A stretch of 32,000 nucleotides of DNA from an uncultured archaeon (GCA_964354495.1 CAYHAA010000010.1:78016-110015), one strand, 5' to 3'; positions 17,639 through 27,828 are shown, counted from the stretch's first letter. Numbers and translations are program-made. Notes: generated by a model not told the origin, from the sequence alone.

Positions 17639-18894
17639 TGACCGCTCCTTATTCTGTGGAAGAACCTCTCAGTGATACGCCTACCACGTGTTGTTGAGAA
17701 ACGTCGGTCCAGTTCTTCAATGAACGACTCTAGTGCGTCTGCAAGATCACTCAGATCGTCTGGGGTCATACTCTCTTCGAGAATGCACCGAACGTGCATC
17801 CTATCTGTGAGCGTGACTCTATATACTCGCGGATGCCATTTTGCCAGACTCCGGCGAATTGTTTCAAAGGCCTCTTTCATACTCTTATTACCGATAATCC
17901 GGGCGCCCTCAAGAACCTGAGATGAGAGAATGGACTCGTCGTGTAGTACTCGTCGTTGCTCCGATGAGATTCTCTGAATGACGCCTCTATTGAACAGCGT
18001 GCCCAGTTCGTCCAGAAGCACCTCAAGGTCTTGGGCAGGTAAGCCCTCTGTCAATTGAGACACAGACGTACGACCATCAAAGCGCCCGGCCACACACAGA
18101 CTAACGTTAGACAGTCCCAGAGGATTGTTTTTCTGGAATAAGATCGCTGATGATTTCTGAGAGAGAATAAGTATCTCATCATCAGGAGGAACATACTTCA
18201 GAAAGACAGCATCATGCCAGTAGGCTTGAGAAACAATGTCAATCGTTTGCTCCATATCGATACCCAGGAAGTCGGCTACTTCCTTGACAGTCCGTGTTTC
18301 ATCAAGCCCTAGCAGAATCTTTGACACTGAAAATGATGTGCTTGGCAAGTCGAACACAAAGGGCGAGTCTCTCGTCTCAGGTCTCCTCGATACAAGAGTC
18401 CTGCCTGTTACCTGATCGTTCACGAAGGCCCTCCTAACAAATCGGTCAAAATCACCAAACGCGCTGCCTTCAATACCATCTGAGTCTCTGAGGACTGCGA
18501 AGCAGTCTTCAAACTCTCTGACAACATTCCTCAATCTGGTACGACTCACAGTCGTTTCTCTTGATACAAGAAGGACTCCGATGGCCCATGCTCCATGTTC
18601 TACAAGAAGCATTGACTCTGCACCGTATTCTGTCTTCCAGCTCGTCTGTTGCCCGCCCATCACAACACCCATGAAGGTGGCCATTGCGGAGATGAAACCC
18701 GATATGATCTGGGGGTCCAGGCTGCTCTTGCTGAATTCATGAGAATAAGGAGCCAGGCCACTAATCTTGTTCAGAATCATAATCAGTTTCTCGTTAGCGG
18801 CGAAACAGTCATAGGAAATGTCTGGGGCTGTCACATTGAGAGACTCTTTCGGTGTCTTCGAGAGTCTCTCACTGAGGTCATCGGTCAATCTCAT
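17623..18894 (-). CDS. Longin-like N-terminal domain plus winged-helix-like domains (Asgard-type protein); start uncertain (18894 or 18780)
   Basis: ILNKISGLAPYSHEF...DPQIISGFISAMATFM resembles the Asgard longin pattern (SGL.L(Y/F)...D..LISGF.SA...F). TVKEVADFLGI and FDGRTSVSQL are helix-turn-helix-like segments. Confidence 0.65.
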   Translation of the reverse strand: MRLTDDLSERLSKTPKESLNVTAPDISYDCFAANEKLIMILNKISGLAPYSHEFSKSSLDPQIISGFISAMATFMGVVMGGQQTSWKTEYGAESMLLVEHGAWAIGVLLVSRETTVSRTRLRNVVREFEDCFAVLRDSDGIEGSAFGDFDRFVRRAFVNDQVTGRTLVSRRPETRDSPFVFDLPSTSFSVSKILLGLDETRTVKEVADFLGIDMEQTIDIVSQAYWHDAVFLKYVPPDDEILILSQKSSAILFQKNNPLGLSNVSLCVAGRFDGRTSVSQLTEGLPAQDLEVLLDELGTLFNRGVIQRISSEQRRVLHDESILSSQVLEGARIIGNKSMKEAFETIRRSLAKWHPRVYRVTLTDRMHVRCILEESMTPDDLSDLADALESFIEELDRRFSTTRGRRITERFFHRIRSGQTRLH

Positions 18895-19951
18895 CCCTTC
18901 CTTCTGCGCCTTGCACAATGGTTCTCTTGCACCAAATGTGCTTGTATATCTCTTTGAAACCATACTTCTCATAGAGAGAAATCGCAGCAGTGTTAGAGCT
19001 TTGAACAACAAGTTCAGAGGACGTATGTCCTTTCATGTATGCTCGGTTGAGAATCTCGGACAACAGTGCGCGAGCATACCCTCTTCTTCGATACTCTGGC
19101 GAGACGCCCATCCCCTCGATCTTGAGGATTCTCTCTTTGGTCGAAGACTCCACCGAAAAGCCCAGGCAGTATCCGACGGGCCTAGAAAAGTATGAACAAA
19201 CCACTACTAGGTTTGGGTCAAAGGTGCAGTGCGTGACAATAGAAGCAAGAGTTTCTGTGCTGACGGGCTCATAGCCAGGGAAGTTTCCGAATATCCTATT
19301 CTGGAGCTGTGCCCACACCACGGATTCCCTCTTGACATTGAGCGGTCGCACAATCAATCCCGGCGGAGCTGGTCTGGATATGGCAGGATACTTGAGCTCA
19401 ACACGCATTTTCAACCACATATATTCATGGTGAAAGCCATGTTCTTCCAGAAAAGACGCAACATATGGACGGAAACTTGGGAACCTGCATACAAACTCAG
19501 AAGAGCCTCGCTTCAGCCCGACCTGTATTAGGCTGTTCAGAACTTTGGAGCCAATACCTTGACACCTGTACTGGGGATGGACTTGAACCATCAACCTTGA
19601 AGTCAGCGAGGGACTATTCTCCGTAAAGATTGTCCCTGCCGCTATCAGATTTCCTGCAGAATTCCGTACCAGAAGAAAGTCCTCAGACAGATCAACATTG
19701 GGAGATGAGAAAGAGGACTGAAAGTACTCAGCCGGGAGTTGAATATGGTCAGGGTCATCAAACGACCCCACTGTATTATGCAGGGCTGCGTAGTCTTCCA
19801 TCATTTTCTCATCTCCAGGCGCTAGTGCAAGAGTTTCTACGTTACACACTGTTACAGCCCACCGTCTGAATTCCCTCTGAAACGCGACCTGTGAAGGAAT
19901 CCCACACACGTCGTTTCCTAATCTGCTTGTGATGGAGTATGATAGATCCAA
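18878..19951 (-). CDS. Tandem GNAT N-acetyltransferase (MshD-like); true start probably about 19800-19860
   Basis: Two acetyl-CoA motifs: VHPQYRCQGIGSKVL and GVSPEYRRRGYARALL, plus NTAAISLYEKYGF. Confidence 0.9.
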   Translation of the reverse strand: MDLSYSITSRLGNDVCGIPSQVAFQREFRRWAVTVCNVETLALAPGDEKMMEDYAALHNTVGSFDDPDHIQLPAEYFQSSFSSPNVDLSEDFLLVRNSAGNLIAAGTIFTENSPSLTSRLMVQVHPQYRCQGIGSKVLNSLIQVGLKRGSSEFVCRFPSFRPYVASFLEEHGFHHEYMWLKMRVELKYPAISRPAPPGLIVRPLNVKRESVVWAQLQNRIFGNFPGYEPVSTETLASIVTHCTFDPNLVVVCSYFSRPVGYCLGFSVESSTKERILKIEGMGVSPEYRRRGYARALLSEILNRAYMKGHTSSELVVQSSNTAAISLYEKYGFKEIYKHIWCKRTIVQGAEGRDEIDR

Positions 19952-20540
19952 GTTCTGTTATGTGAACCTGTTTCGTCCCCGCAACTCGGTTTCTTTCGAT
20001 ATAACCTGCAAGCTCCAGATCACGAATGTGTCTGGAAATACCAGATTGCCGGATTCCAGTGTTTCGTGAGATCTCCTTCTGTGCAATCGGGCAGCCAGAA
20101 TTCTCAAGATGGTCAAGGATCTCGCGTTTCTTATGCGTGAGATGGACCAGCTCAGATGGCCAGACTTCAGATATCTGAAGTGGCCCGGTTTGTGTTGTGC
20201 AGAGGATTGATGCTCTTACAATCGCCGCAGCTACACAAGCAGCCAGAGTCATCATACAATGTTCTGATGCTATGCTGAACTCAATTTGATACGCATCAAT
20301 TCTGCGATGGTTCAAGGCGGACAATATCAGTGAAAGAATGTTATGGAAATCGTCCGGCACAATGCGGACTAATTCAACAACGATTCCAAGATTCGAAAAA
20401 TGCGCAAATACCTTATCAGCAAGCTCTGTTTCTTCTTCGGCATATACAATAATCAGCTCATCAATACTCCGCCTGATTGCGAGCTGCTCCAATGACTCTT
20501 GCTTCCCTAGTAATGCAACATGTATCTTTTGCTTCGTCAT
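19842..20540 (-). CDS. CARF-like (Csa3/DUF6293-type) domain plus winged-HTH transcriptional regulator
   Basis: Rossmann-like N-terminus (IHVALLG, DELIIVY, VELVRIVPDDF, FSIASEHCMMTLAAC) then LTHKKREIL...QKEISRNTGIRQSGISRHIRDLELAGYIER. Likely start ATG 20540. Confidence 0.7.
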   Translation of the reverse strand: MTKQKIHVALLGKQESLEQLAIRRSIDELIIVYAEEETELADKVFAHFSNLGIVVELVRIVPDDFHNILSLILSALNHRRIDAYQIEFSIASEHCMMTLAACVAAAIVRASILCTTQTGPLQISEVWPSELVHLTHKKREILDHLENSGCPIAQKEISRNTGIRQSGISRHIRDLELAGYIERNRVAGTKQVHITELGSIILHHKQIRKRRVWDSFTGRVSEGIQTVGCNSV

Positions 20541-20906
20541 ATGCTTCAAACTCCGGGTGCACATCATGATCTCATGATTTTTCAGCATCCTAGATTGCTT
20601 TCGCTTTCCGCGATTACTTGGATGCCATCGGGTGCCAAGGCATTTAGAATGGGAGTTTGAATTCTCCACATTCCTGAAGGTTTCCCCCCTCCCCGGATGT
20701 TCTTCGTTTCAGGAACCCTCGCATCAAACGGTCCTTGGTCCCCAGACATATCGTGTTTTCTTACCATATAAGCACTCGATGATGCCCCAAGACTGAACTA
20801 TTCTGAGGAATAAGACGAGTTTCACAGGAGAGATGCCTGAGAATTGGTAGCATATATTGACGATTTTCGTAATATCAAAGAACGCCGCTACCTGAATTCG
20901 ATGTCG

Positions 20907-22622
20907 TTAGTGCCGTCGAGATATCGCGCGGTTGCGTGAGGCGGAGGGTGCTTTGACTGTCAGACTCTCACTTTCCTCTACAACTCTCTCCAGCCACACT
21001 GCGATTTCATCTTTTGGAGCCTGCCAGCACTGATTCTCGACATCCCACAGATTATAGGGTAACTGCCAATGACCCCAGATTCCGCTACTGAGGGGTGATA
21101 CCGTGACAGGCCATCCAAGGGTACGAAGTGTGTCCATAAGCTGTGTAGAGCCTCCTGCAGGAAGATCAGTCATCATGAGTAGATTCCGATTCTCTTCATA
21201 GCGTAAGAAGGCTCGCGGCAGCTCTCTGGCCCAGGTATCGAGAATATCGGCAGTATTTCTATCACTTGCCTGTATTGCTACTCGCTCAACCAGACCTATG
21301 TTCTGGACACTCCAGATATGATGAATCAGACCCTCTGCCCTAAGTCGTTTGATGCGAGTTGAGAGTTTGGTCTGCCCGACTGAAAGCCTCTTTCTCAACG
21401 CTCTTGAAGAAGTGATTCCGTCCTGCACTAATGCAAGGATTTCCATATCAAGAGAATCAAGGTATACATCTGTGGTCTTTGCAGGTAGGTCAATGCGATC
21501 AATAAGATGATGAAGCGACTCCTCTGTTATTCTGTGGCCCCAACCTCTCATCGCAACCCAAGGAATCTCCCACCTATGGTTTTTCGCATTATAGTGGTAG
21601 AATGAGTTCGATACGCCAACTGAATAGGTCTCCGCAACATCAGCAGCTACACCATTGTCATTGAGTGTTGATGACATCTGGTCTAAGGACCGAGTACTTT
21701 CAGGACTGTCCGGGACGGCGAGACGTGCAATTATCTGCCAAGGACCATTAAGGATTGAACGCATTTCGTAAACGAAGGGACACTCATCAAGGATTTTTGA
21801 AGGCTCACTCCAAGAGGGACCAGCCAGCAAGACATGAAATGTGCGTATCCCAATTCTGGAGAAGGGAGTGGTCGTGATGTCCATCAGCATATGCTTTTGT
21901 TTGAGACGATTGATCCGTGTACATACCCAGGACTCACTCAATCCAGCAACCTCAGCGACTCGACGGTAAGTGGCCGTTTCATTTTTCAGTAGGACATCCA
22001 CAATCTTTACGTCAGCCTTGCCAAGTTCGACAACAATATTCTGAGTTCTGAGAAGCATGTAATCGACGTACTCATTGAAGTCTAGCGATATGCCATATCG
22101 AGCCATACTCACAAATTCGTGCACCAGGGAGTCCAATTCACCCAGACCACCAAGGGCAATAATCCACTCCATCATTGTATAGGAAGTATAGAGCAGGTTG
22201 ACACGGACCCTTTCTGTCGGAATCCTTTGCCACTCTCTTACCCATTCGATTCTCTCAGGTCTCTTCAGCATTTGTCGAGCGAACTCTGAGGAAAGGTCTC
22301 GTTTTGCCTCAAAGCAGAGCTCAGGGGGCAAAGAGTGGAAGAAACATTCACTATATACAATGCCGGCGATCGGAATCGTTTCATGCAATGCTTCGGAATG
22401 GACCTGAAGCTCGTTTTTGGCGGGGTCATAGTGTCCACCCATTTGTGAGATGTCATGTGCTTCGATGACCTGAACTGACTTAGGCACAGGAGGTGTCTTG
22501 AGCCCAAAACGTTGAGCTATTATTCCCGAACAGTCAAGCCACAACGCCGCAATCTGAGATTGAGTGTCAGTCATCAAGTTTGTTGAATGATATTCCAACT
22601 TAAGGACTTCTTGTTCGAACAA
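20907..22622 (-). CDS. Large regulator-like protein with two Lrp/AsnC-type HTH + RAM-like repeats
   Basis: DVKIVDVL...TYRRVAEVAGLSESWVCTRINRL and DSLDMEIL...SRALRKRLSVGQTKLSTRIKRLRAEGLI. Confidence 0.75.
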   Translation of the reverse strand: MFEQEVLKLEYHSTNLMTDTQSQIAALWLDCSGIIAQRFGLKTPPVPKSVQVIEAHDISQMGGHYDPAKNELQVHSEALHETIPIAGIVYSECFFHSLPPELCFEAKRDLSSEFARQMLKRPERIEWVREWQRIPTERVRVNLLYTSYTMMEWIIALGGLGELDSLVHEFVSMARYGISLDFNEYVDYMLLRTQNIVVELGKADVKIVDVLLKNETATYRRVAEVAGLSESWVCTRINRLKQKHMLMDITTTPFSRIGIRTFHVLLAGPSWSEPSKILDECPFVYEMRSILNGPWQIIARLAVPDSPESTRSLDQMSSTLNDNGVAADVAETYSVGVSNSFYHYNAKNHRWEIPWVAMRGWGHRITEESLHHLIDRIDLPAKTTDVYLDSLDMEILALVQDGITSSRALRKRLSVGQTKLSTRIKRLRAEGLIHHIWSVQNIGLVERVAIQASDRNTADILDTWARELPRAFLRYEENRNLLMMTDLPAGGSTQLMDTLRTLGWPVTVSPLSSGIWGHWQLPYNLWDVENQCWQAPKDEIAVWLERVVEESESLTVKAPSASRNRAISRRH

Positions 22623-23257
22623 ATCGCAGTTCAGGAGAAACAGATTAGTGTCACTGACGTGAGAGTTGCGTTCCAGAAAGCAAGTTTCGTTTCAGAATAT
22701 CAGTTATCTCGTCTGGCTTTGAATAGTCTATTACCCTAGTACAATCGATTACTATGAACGATCCTCCAAAGAATCCCCCAGAACCATGGTAGTGCAAACC
22801 ATAGATTACCGGGCGAGAAGGCAGCGCGTGAGTTGTACTACGCCAGACCCTTGAAGTCGCTCCTGCTCCTCGTTGTAGCGAGAACGGCCCTCAAGACTGC
22901 TGTCTTAGTAGCGGACCTGTTCATTTATGCTGAGCTGAGCGTGGCTATCACGAGATGAGTCCAGGTAGCCTTCTCGCGCCGGACCCATCTCCGTTCCACT
23001 TACTCGTACAATTGTCAATACTGCTTCCCGTGACCATAAGATTCTCACGAGATCAGTGGCTAAATGAAGAGGGTGGCGACCACACAGGAATCGTGGTAGG
23101 AGGGGGGAGTTTCGTAATTGAGGGCATGTAACGAAAACTAGCCTGTGTGCTCGCCATGGAATTGATTGAAATCTCCTACTCAATATCCAGTCTGCACAAT
23201 TCCTAATAAAGGACTATCGTATGTGCACAGTCTATTCCAGTCCTCTAATCTCGACAA

Positions 23258-23345
23258 TCACAGCGGAATATTCCCATGCTTCTTCGGAGGCCTACTCTTT
23301 CTCTTACCGGCAGGCATATCTAAGCCCCAGCAGATCAAGAGTCTC
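23258..23345 (-). pseudogene. pccB/12S 3' fragment, copy E (strongly degenerate)
   Basis: [26 protein letters not shown]. Weaker in-register similarity extends to about 23395 (IAANVTHFDRV versus [11 protein letters not shown]). Confidence 0.9.
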
Positions 23346-23436
23346 CTATATCGTAGGAGTGTCACTCTGTCAAAGTGCGTTACATTCGCCGCGATACACT
23401 CCACGTCCTCCGACAACTGAGGATATGCTCGCTGAA

Positions 23437-24249
23437 TCAGTCCCAAGTCCACCTGATTTCTCGCCCTGCTGCCAGATTCTCAAGGCTCAATGGTAGTAGT
23501 GGAATCAAGAGTGCGCTTGGCAATCCAAACATGAGGACTGCCGGCAATCGTCTTATGACTAACTCCTCCACTGGATAGTATTGCCAGGCTTCGCTAGCCA
23601 TGATGCCCGCGATGAGTGGATCTAGAAACGCGGATATGAGAATGCCCATAGACACGAAAACGAGCCAGAGCTGATGCTGTCGGCAACACCTCTTCATGAA
23701 TCGAAGTGGATTAGCCGAGTGTATCGCTCCAGCAGTGACCAGGTATGCGTAGACTGCTAGCCACAACACGACACCAGCAGCGATAGCAGACATCACTGTG
23801 AATGAATCGAAGAAGTACCGCACCGACCATGCAACAGGAACGAGAAGAACAAGTGCCAGCAGTATCAGAACAACTGCCACTAGAAGGGGATTTCTCTCAA
23901 CGGCAATTGTTCCCAGATGACCTCTCACCTTCTTCATATTGGCAAACATGACTGCCATCAGTGGCACCACAACAAGAAACAGAACAAGAAGTCCGTATTC
24001 AGGATCCGTAGCGTACAGCCAGTTTATGTCTGCACTAGTGACCAACTGCAGAATCGTGATAGAGACTGCGAGAGAGATCCAGTATGCTATGGCGAAGAGC
24101 ACATGGATCTTCACATACCGATTGATGCTTACCGACATCCCGCTTTGCGGCGGTGAGTCGACCACTGGTGCTTCTCGTGATTCGGGAGCGCTCGATGTCG
24201 TTTCCCCAGCCTCGCGGAGCCCTCTTCGAGCTGAAAGAGAGCAAGTCAA
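23437..24249 (-). CDS. Polytopic membrane protein of unknown function
   Basis: About 6-7 hydrophobic helices; the start may be the internal ATG (MSVSINRY). Confidence 0.7.
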   Translation of the reverse strand: MTCSLSARRGLREAGETTSSAPESREAPVVDSPPQSGMSVSINRYVKIHVLFAIAYWISLAVSITILQLVTSADINWLYATDPEYGLLVLFLVVVPLMAVMFANMKKVRGHLGTIAVERNPLLVAVVLILLALVLLVPVAWSVRYFFDSFTVMSAIAAGVVLWLAVYAYLVTAGAIHSANPLRFMKRCCRQHQLWLVFVSMGILISAFLDPLIAGIMASEAWQYYPVEELVIRRLPAVLMFGLPSALLIPLLPLSLENLAAGREIRWTWD

Positions 24250-24369
24250 TTCAAAATGTACTAGGTCGACTTCCTAGATAAGCCTGACGAGCCAACTTCT
24301 TCGGGAGCTGCAAATGTTTCGGTTATGCAACAGGGAGCGATCCAGCCAAATCGTAGGAAGTATACGGGC

Positions 24370-25375
24370 CTAGAGGGGTATGTTCCCATGCTTCTTGGGC
24401 GGTCGCGATTTCCTCTTGCTTGCCAGCATCTCAAGACCGCTGCATATGACCGGTCGGGTTTCATGCGGGAAGATGACCCTGTCAATGTAGCCAAGTCCTG
24501 CAGCAACGTAAGGATTGGCAACCTTGTCCCTGTGCTCCTTCACAAACTCGGCTCGCTTCTTCTTCTTGTCCTTTTCAACCTCAATCTCCTTGCGGAAGAT
24601 GATGTTGGTCGCACCATCTGGGTCCATGACAGCTATCTCAGCTGTGGGCCATGCGTATACGAGATCCGCTCCGATACGCCGCGAGGACATGACATCGAAC
24701 GCACCCCCATAGCCCTTTCTCGTGATGATGATGATAAGAGGAACTGTCGCCTCTGCAAAGGCGTAGAGGATCTTCGCTCCGTGGCGAATGATGCCGCCCC
24801 ACTCCTGAGCGGTTCCAGGGAGGTAGCCAGGGAGGTCCATGAAGGTGATGATTGGAATGTTGAAGGCATCGCAAAAGCGGACGAAACAGGCGCACTTGTC
24901 TGAGGCATTGATGTCGAGAGTGCCTGCGAGATGGGCGGGATTGTTCCCAACAATCCCCACTGAACGGCCATCGAACCTGGCAAAACCAACGACCATGTTC
25001 TTCGCCCAGTGCTCATGGACCTCAAAGAACTCGCCATTATCGACAAGTTTTCGCACGACATCGCGCATGTCATATGGTTTGTTAGGACCGTCTGGGATTA
25101 GGTCGTCGATTGATTCATCAACACTATCAGGGGCGTGACCAGTATCAACTCTCGGTGGTTCCTCGAGATTGTTCTGAGGTATGTAACTGAGGAGTATCTT
25201 GGTCTGCTCAAAACAATGATCCTCATCCTCGCCAGCGAATTGTGCGACACCGCTCACTGAGTTGTGGGTCATTGCACCCCCCAGCTCCTCGAAGGTCACC
25301 TCTTCCCCTGTGACAGTCTTGATGGCATCGCGGCCTGTGATGAACATAATGTTTGTACTCTTAACTATGAATGCG
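24370..25375 (-). pseudogene. pccB/12S carboxyltransferase 3' fragment, copy D (about 1 kb; N-terminal ~35% missing)
   Basis: MFITGRDAIKTVTGEEVTFEELGG...[20 protein letters not shown]...[11 protein letters not shown]...HGNIPL*. Substitutions at normally conserved positions (TGP->TGR, MGP->MDP, Y->H, F->V). Upstream sequence is the AbiE promoter, not pccB. Confidence 0.93.
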
Positions 25376-25422
25376 AGATTAGTTCTTTTCTTATTGATGG
25401 CGGCATTGAATGTACACATTGC

Positions 25423-25459
25423 GTTACATTAATATGGCTTAAAACATAATTATTGCAAC
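25423..25459 (+). promoter_or_regulatory. Imperfect inverted repeat bracketing a TATA-like box; candidate AbiEi operator
   Basis: GTTACATTAATATG (25423-25436), GCTTAAAA, CATAATTATTGCAAC (25445-25459; reverse complement GTTGCAATAATTATG). TTAAAA lies about 30 nt upstream of ATG 25474. Confidence 0.55.
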
Positions 25460-25473
25460 AGAGTGTGTATATT

Positions 25474-26325
25474 ATGGTTTCAAAGACTGAGCAGATCTAT
25501 CTTCAGATGCTTGACAAAGGAATCGTTACTTTGGAAGATGTGGACCAAATTGCACATGAAGTCCTTCGTCGCAGAGTCACTCGCGCATACCTTGAGAGTG
25601 AATTCTTAACCCGTCTTCGTAGCGAGGGCAAGGTTCATTCCATCCGTCGTGGGCTATATCACGTTGTTCTCCCATCCGGTGATACTGACACACCAGATCT
25701 ATTTCTCGTTGCCTGCAGAGTTCAACCCACTAGCTTCTTGGGATTCCATACTGCATTGGAATTCTATGGTGTTGCTCACTCAGCGTATTACAATGAAATC
25801 TACATCTGTGGACCTGCAAAAAAACGATTCAGACCCTTCACGGTTCACGGTGTCAAGATTAGACCAGTTGTTCTACAAGATAACGAATCAGGTATCAACA
25901 ATCTTCAATATAATGAGGAGAGAATCAGAGTTAGTTCCTTAGAGCGTACCTTAATTGATTGTATTGAAAGACCAGAATACTGTGGCGGATGGGAAGAAAC
26001 ACTGAACAGCCTGATGAAGGTTGGAAATCTAGATTTCAGAGTAATTCGGCAACTGCTTCTCAAACGAAAAAATCAGTTCCTTTTGCAACAGGTAGGAATT
26101 GTTCTAGACATTTTACGAGAAGCCTCACCACTAATCAGAGAGAGCATCAGTGATCAACAATTGCTTGGATTGACTAAGTATGTCAAGGGATCTGCGAGAT
26201 ACTTCTTTCAAAATAAAACCAATACACCATACTACAGAGGAAAGAAGGCCCTCCGGTATAATAGACATTGGAGAATGTACGTCCCGGTCTGGCTTACAAC
26301 TATTCTAGGGGAAGGGCTTGTTTGA
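25474..26325 (+). CDS. abiEi: Type IV TA antitoxin, AbiEi family
   Basis: N-terminal wHTH (IRRGLY), SFLGFHTALEFYG, RVSSLERTLIDCIERPEYCGG. The stop overlaps the next gene. Confidence 0.9.
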   Translation: MVSKTEQIYLQMLDKGIVTLEDVDQIAHEVLRRRVTRAYLESEFLTRLRSEGKVHSIRRGLYHVVLPSGDTDTPDLFLVACRVQPTSFLGFHTALEFYGVAHSAYYNEIYICGPAKKRFRPFTVHGVKIRPVVLQDNESGINNLQYNEERIRVSSLERTLIDCIERPEYCGGWEETLNSLMKVGNLDFRVIRQLLLKRKNQFLLQQVGIVLDILREASPLIRESISDQQLLGLTKYVKGSARYFFQNKTNTPYYRGKKALRYNRHWRMYVPVWLTTILGEGLV

Positions 26326-27284
26326 GGACACGAAATACACCCTCTCCCAATCTTCAGTTCGACCACAAATACCTTCAACGCATGGAGATCCTCTTGAAGA
26401 TTCTCGAAGAATTCTATAAGAATCAGATTCTCAGAGATCATCTATCCTTAATTGGTGGAGCAGCATTTCACTTAGTGCACTCGAAAACATATCCACCTCC
26501 TCGTTTAACAATGGACGCAGATTTCAATTTTCGAGATGTGAGCACACTAGACAATTTACATATGCTGGAGATCTCCAGGAAGAAAATAGATACTGAGATC
26601 AAGAAGATACTGTTGTCGATGGGAGCCGAGGAGAGTGACATAAAGATAGATGCTAAATATCCGCTCAGTAGATTTATTGTTAGTCTTCATGACAGGGATA
26701 ACAAACCAGTAAGTGTTCTTATAGAGATTGGATATACCAAGAGAATCTCGTTATTGGGAGACTCATGTTTGCCACTTTCTAAGACTTCTGTTCAAGTCAC
26801 AACTCCTGTTGCTGAAGAGCTTCATGCTGGTAAGCTTGCCGCACTTTTCTCACGTGCAACTCCAAAAGATATGTTTGACGTTTGGCTTATTTCACAAGCG
26901 GCTGACTTGGATTTCGTCAAATTCAAGAAATGCTTCATAGTAGAGTCTCTGGCGTCTCTTGATCTCCCTCTCTTCGAGATTAATCTCCTCGACCTACTAG
27001 ATTCAATTCCGTTCGACTCAGGCCTCCAGAACCTTCTCCCCAGAAATGTGTATAGTAAAGAGCAACTCAAATCAATCAGAGAAGAAGTCAAAGATTTCAT
27101 CATGAAGCTCATCACTCATCTCACAGAAGATGAGAAGGAAGGAATAATCAAGTTCTATAGTAGTCTTATCTTCGACCGCAACCTCATTGACCCTTCGAAA
27201 ATACTTCATGAGCGGGTCAGTGAATATCCTGCATTGACATGGAACCTTGAAAAGATGCGGCGAGAACGAGGAAACTCAGAATAA
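26322..27284 (+). CDS. abiEii: Type IV TA toxin, AbiEii-family nucleotidyltransferase
   Basis: LIGGAAFHL, PRLTMDADFN and GKLAALFSRATPKDMFD motifs. Likely TTG start overlapping the abiEi stop. AT-rich. Confidence 0.9.
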   Translation: MRTRNTPSPNLQFDHKYLQRMEILLKILEEFYKNQILRDHLSLIGGAAFHLVHSKTYPPPRLTMDADFNFRDVSTLDNLHMLEISRKKIDTEIKKILLSMGAEESDIKIDAKYPLSRFIVSLHDRDNKPVSVLIEIGYTKRISLLGDSCLPLSKTSVQVTTPVAEELHAGKLAALFSRATPKDMFDVWLISQAADLDFVKFKKCFIVESLASLDLPLFEINLLDLLDSIPFDSGLQNLLPRNVYSKEQLKSIREEVKDFIMKLITHLTEDEKEGIIKFYSSLIFDRNLIDPSKILHERVSEYPALTWNLEKMRRERGNSE

Positions 27285-27397
27285 CTTGTAGAAGAACTGG
27301 GAATACTGAGATACTCTGGTAGCAAGAACTACGTTCAACTCTTATTGAATAAGATGACTCCTGACTAGCACATTCGGGAAATCGAAGCTCGAAATAG

Positions 27398-27655
27398 CTA
27401 GAGGGGAATATTCCCGTGCTTCTTGGGGGGTCGCGATTTCCTCTTGCTTGCCAGCATCTCGAGACCGCTGCATATGAGTGGACGAGTTTCTCGTGGGAAG
27501 ATGGCCTTATCGATGTATCCCAGTCCAGCTGCAACATACGGATTCGCGAACTTGTCCCTATATTCCTTCACAAGCTCTGCTCGCTTCTTCTTCTTGTCCT
27601 TCTCAGCCTCGATTTCCTTCCTGAAGATGATAATGACTGAAGCATTGATGTCGAG
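27398..27655 (-). pseudogene. pccB/12S 3' fragment, copy C (with internal deletion)
   Basis: [77 protein letters not shown]. It is preceded directly by a 19-nt piece (27637-27655) from the LDINAS codons, about 300 nt further upstream in the gene. Confidence 0.93.
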
Positions 27656-27828
27656 TTCTCATTTCAGAATTCAAACCAATATTCCTCCTTGGAAACGAGT
27701 GTCCGGTTAAAATAGCCGTATTCTAGTGAATCAAACAGGCAAAGAGTATGATCTTTCCATCCATCCTCATGAATCTCCATCCACCTTACATTATTAACAA
27801 GAAGCTCAGTCTTGAACCATACTCAAGA

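Noticed and set aside
22700-23250. Protein-like fragments in several frames (e.g. 22905..23183)
   Set aside because: Interrupted by stops and no family recognised; at most a decayed remnant.
23376-25430. Shared 11-mer TGCGTTACATT near the starts of copies E (23376) and D (25420)
   Set aside because: At D it overlaps the left arm of the AbiE inverted repeat, and it is absent before B, C and F. Not a consistent junction motif.
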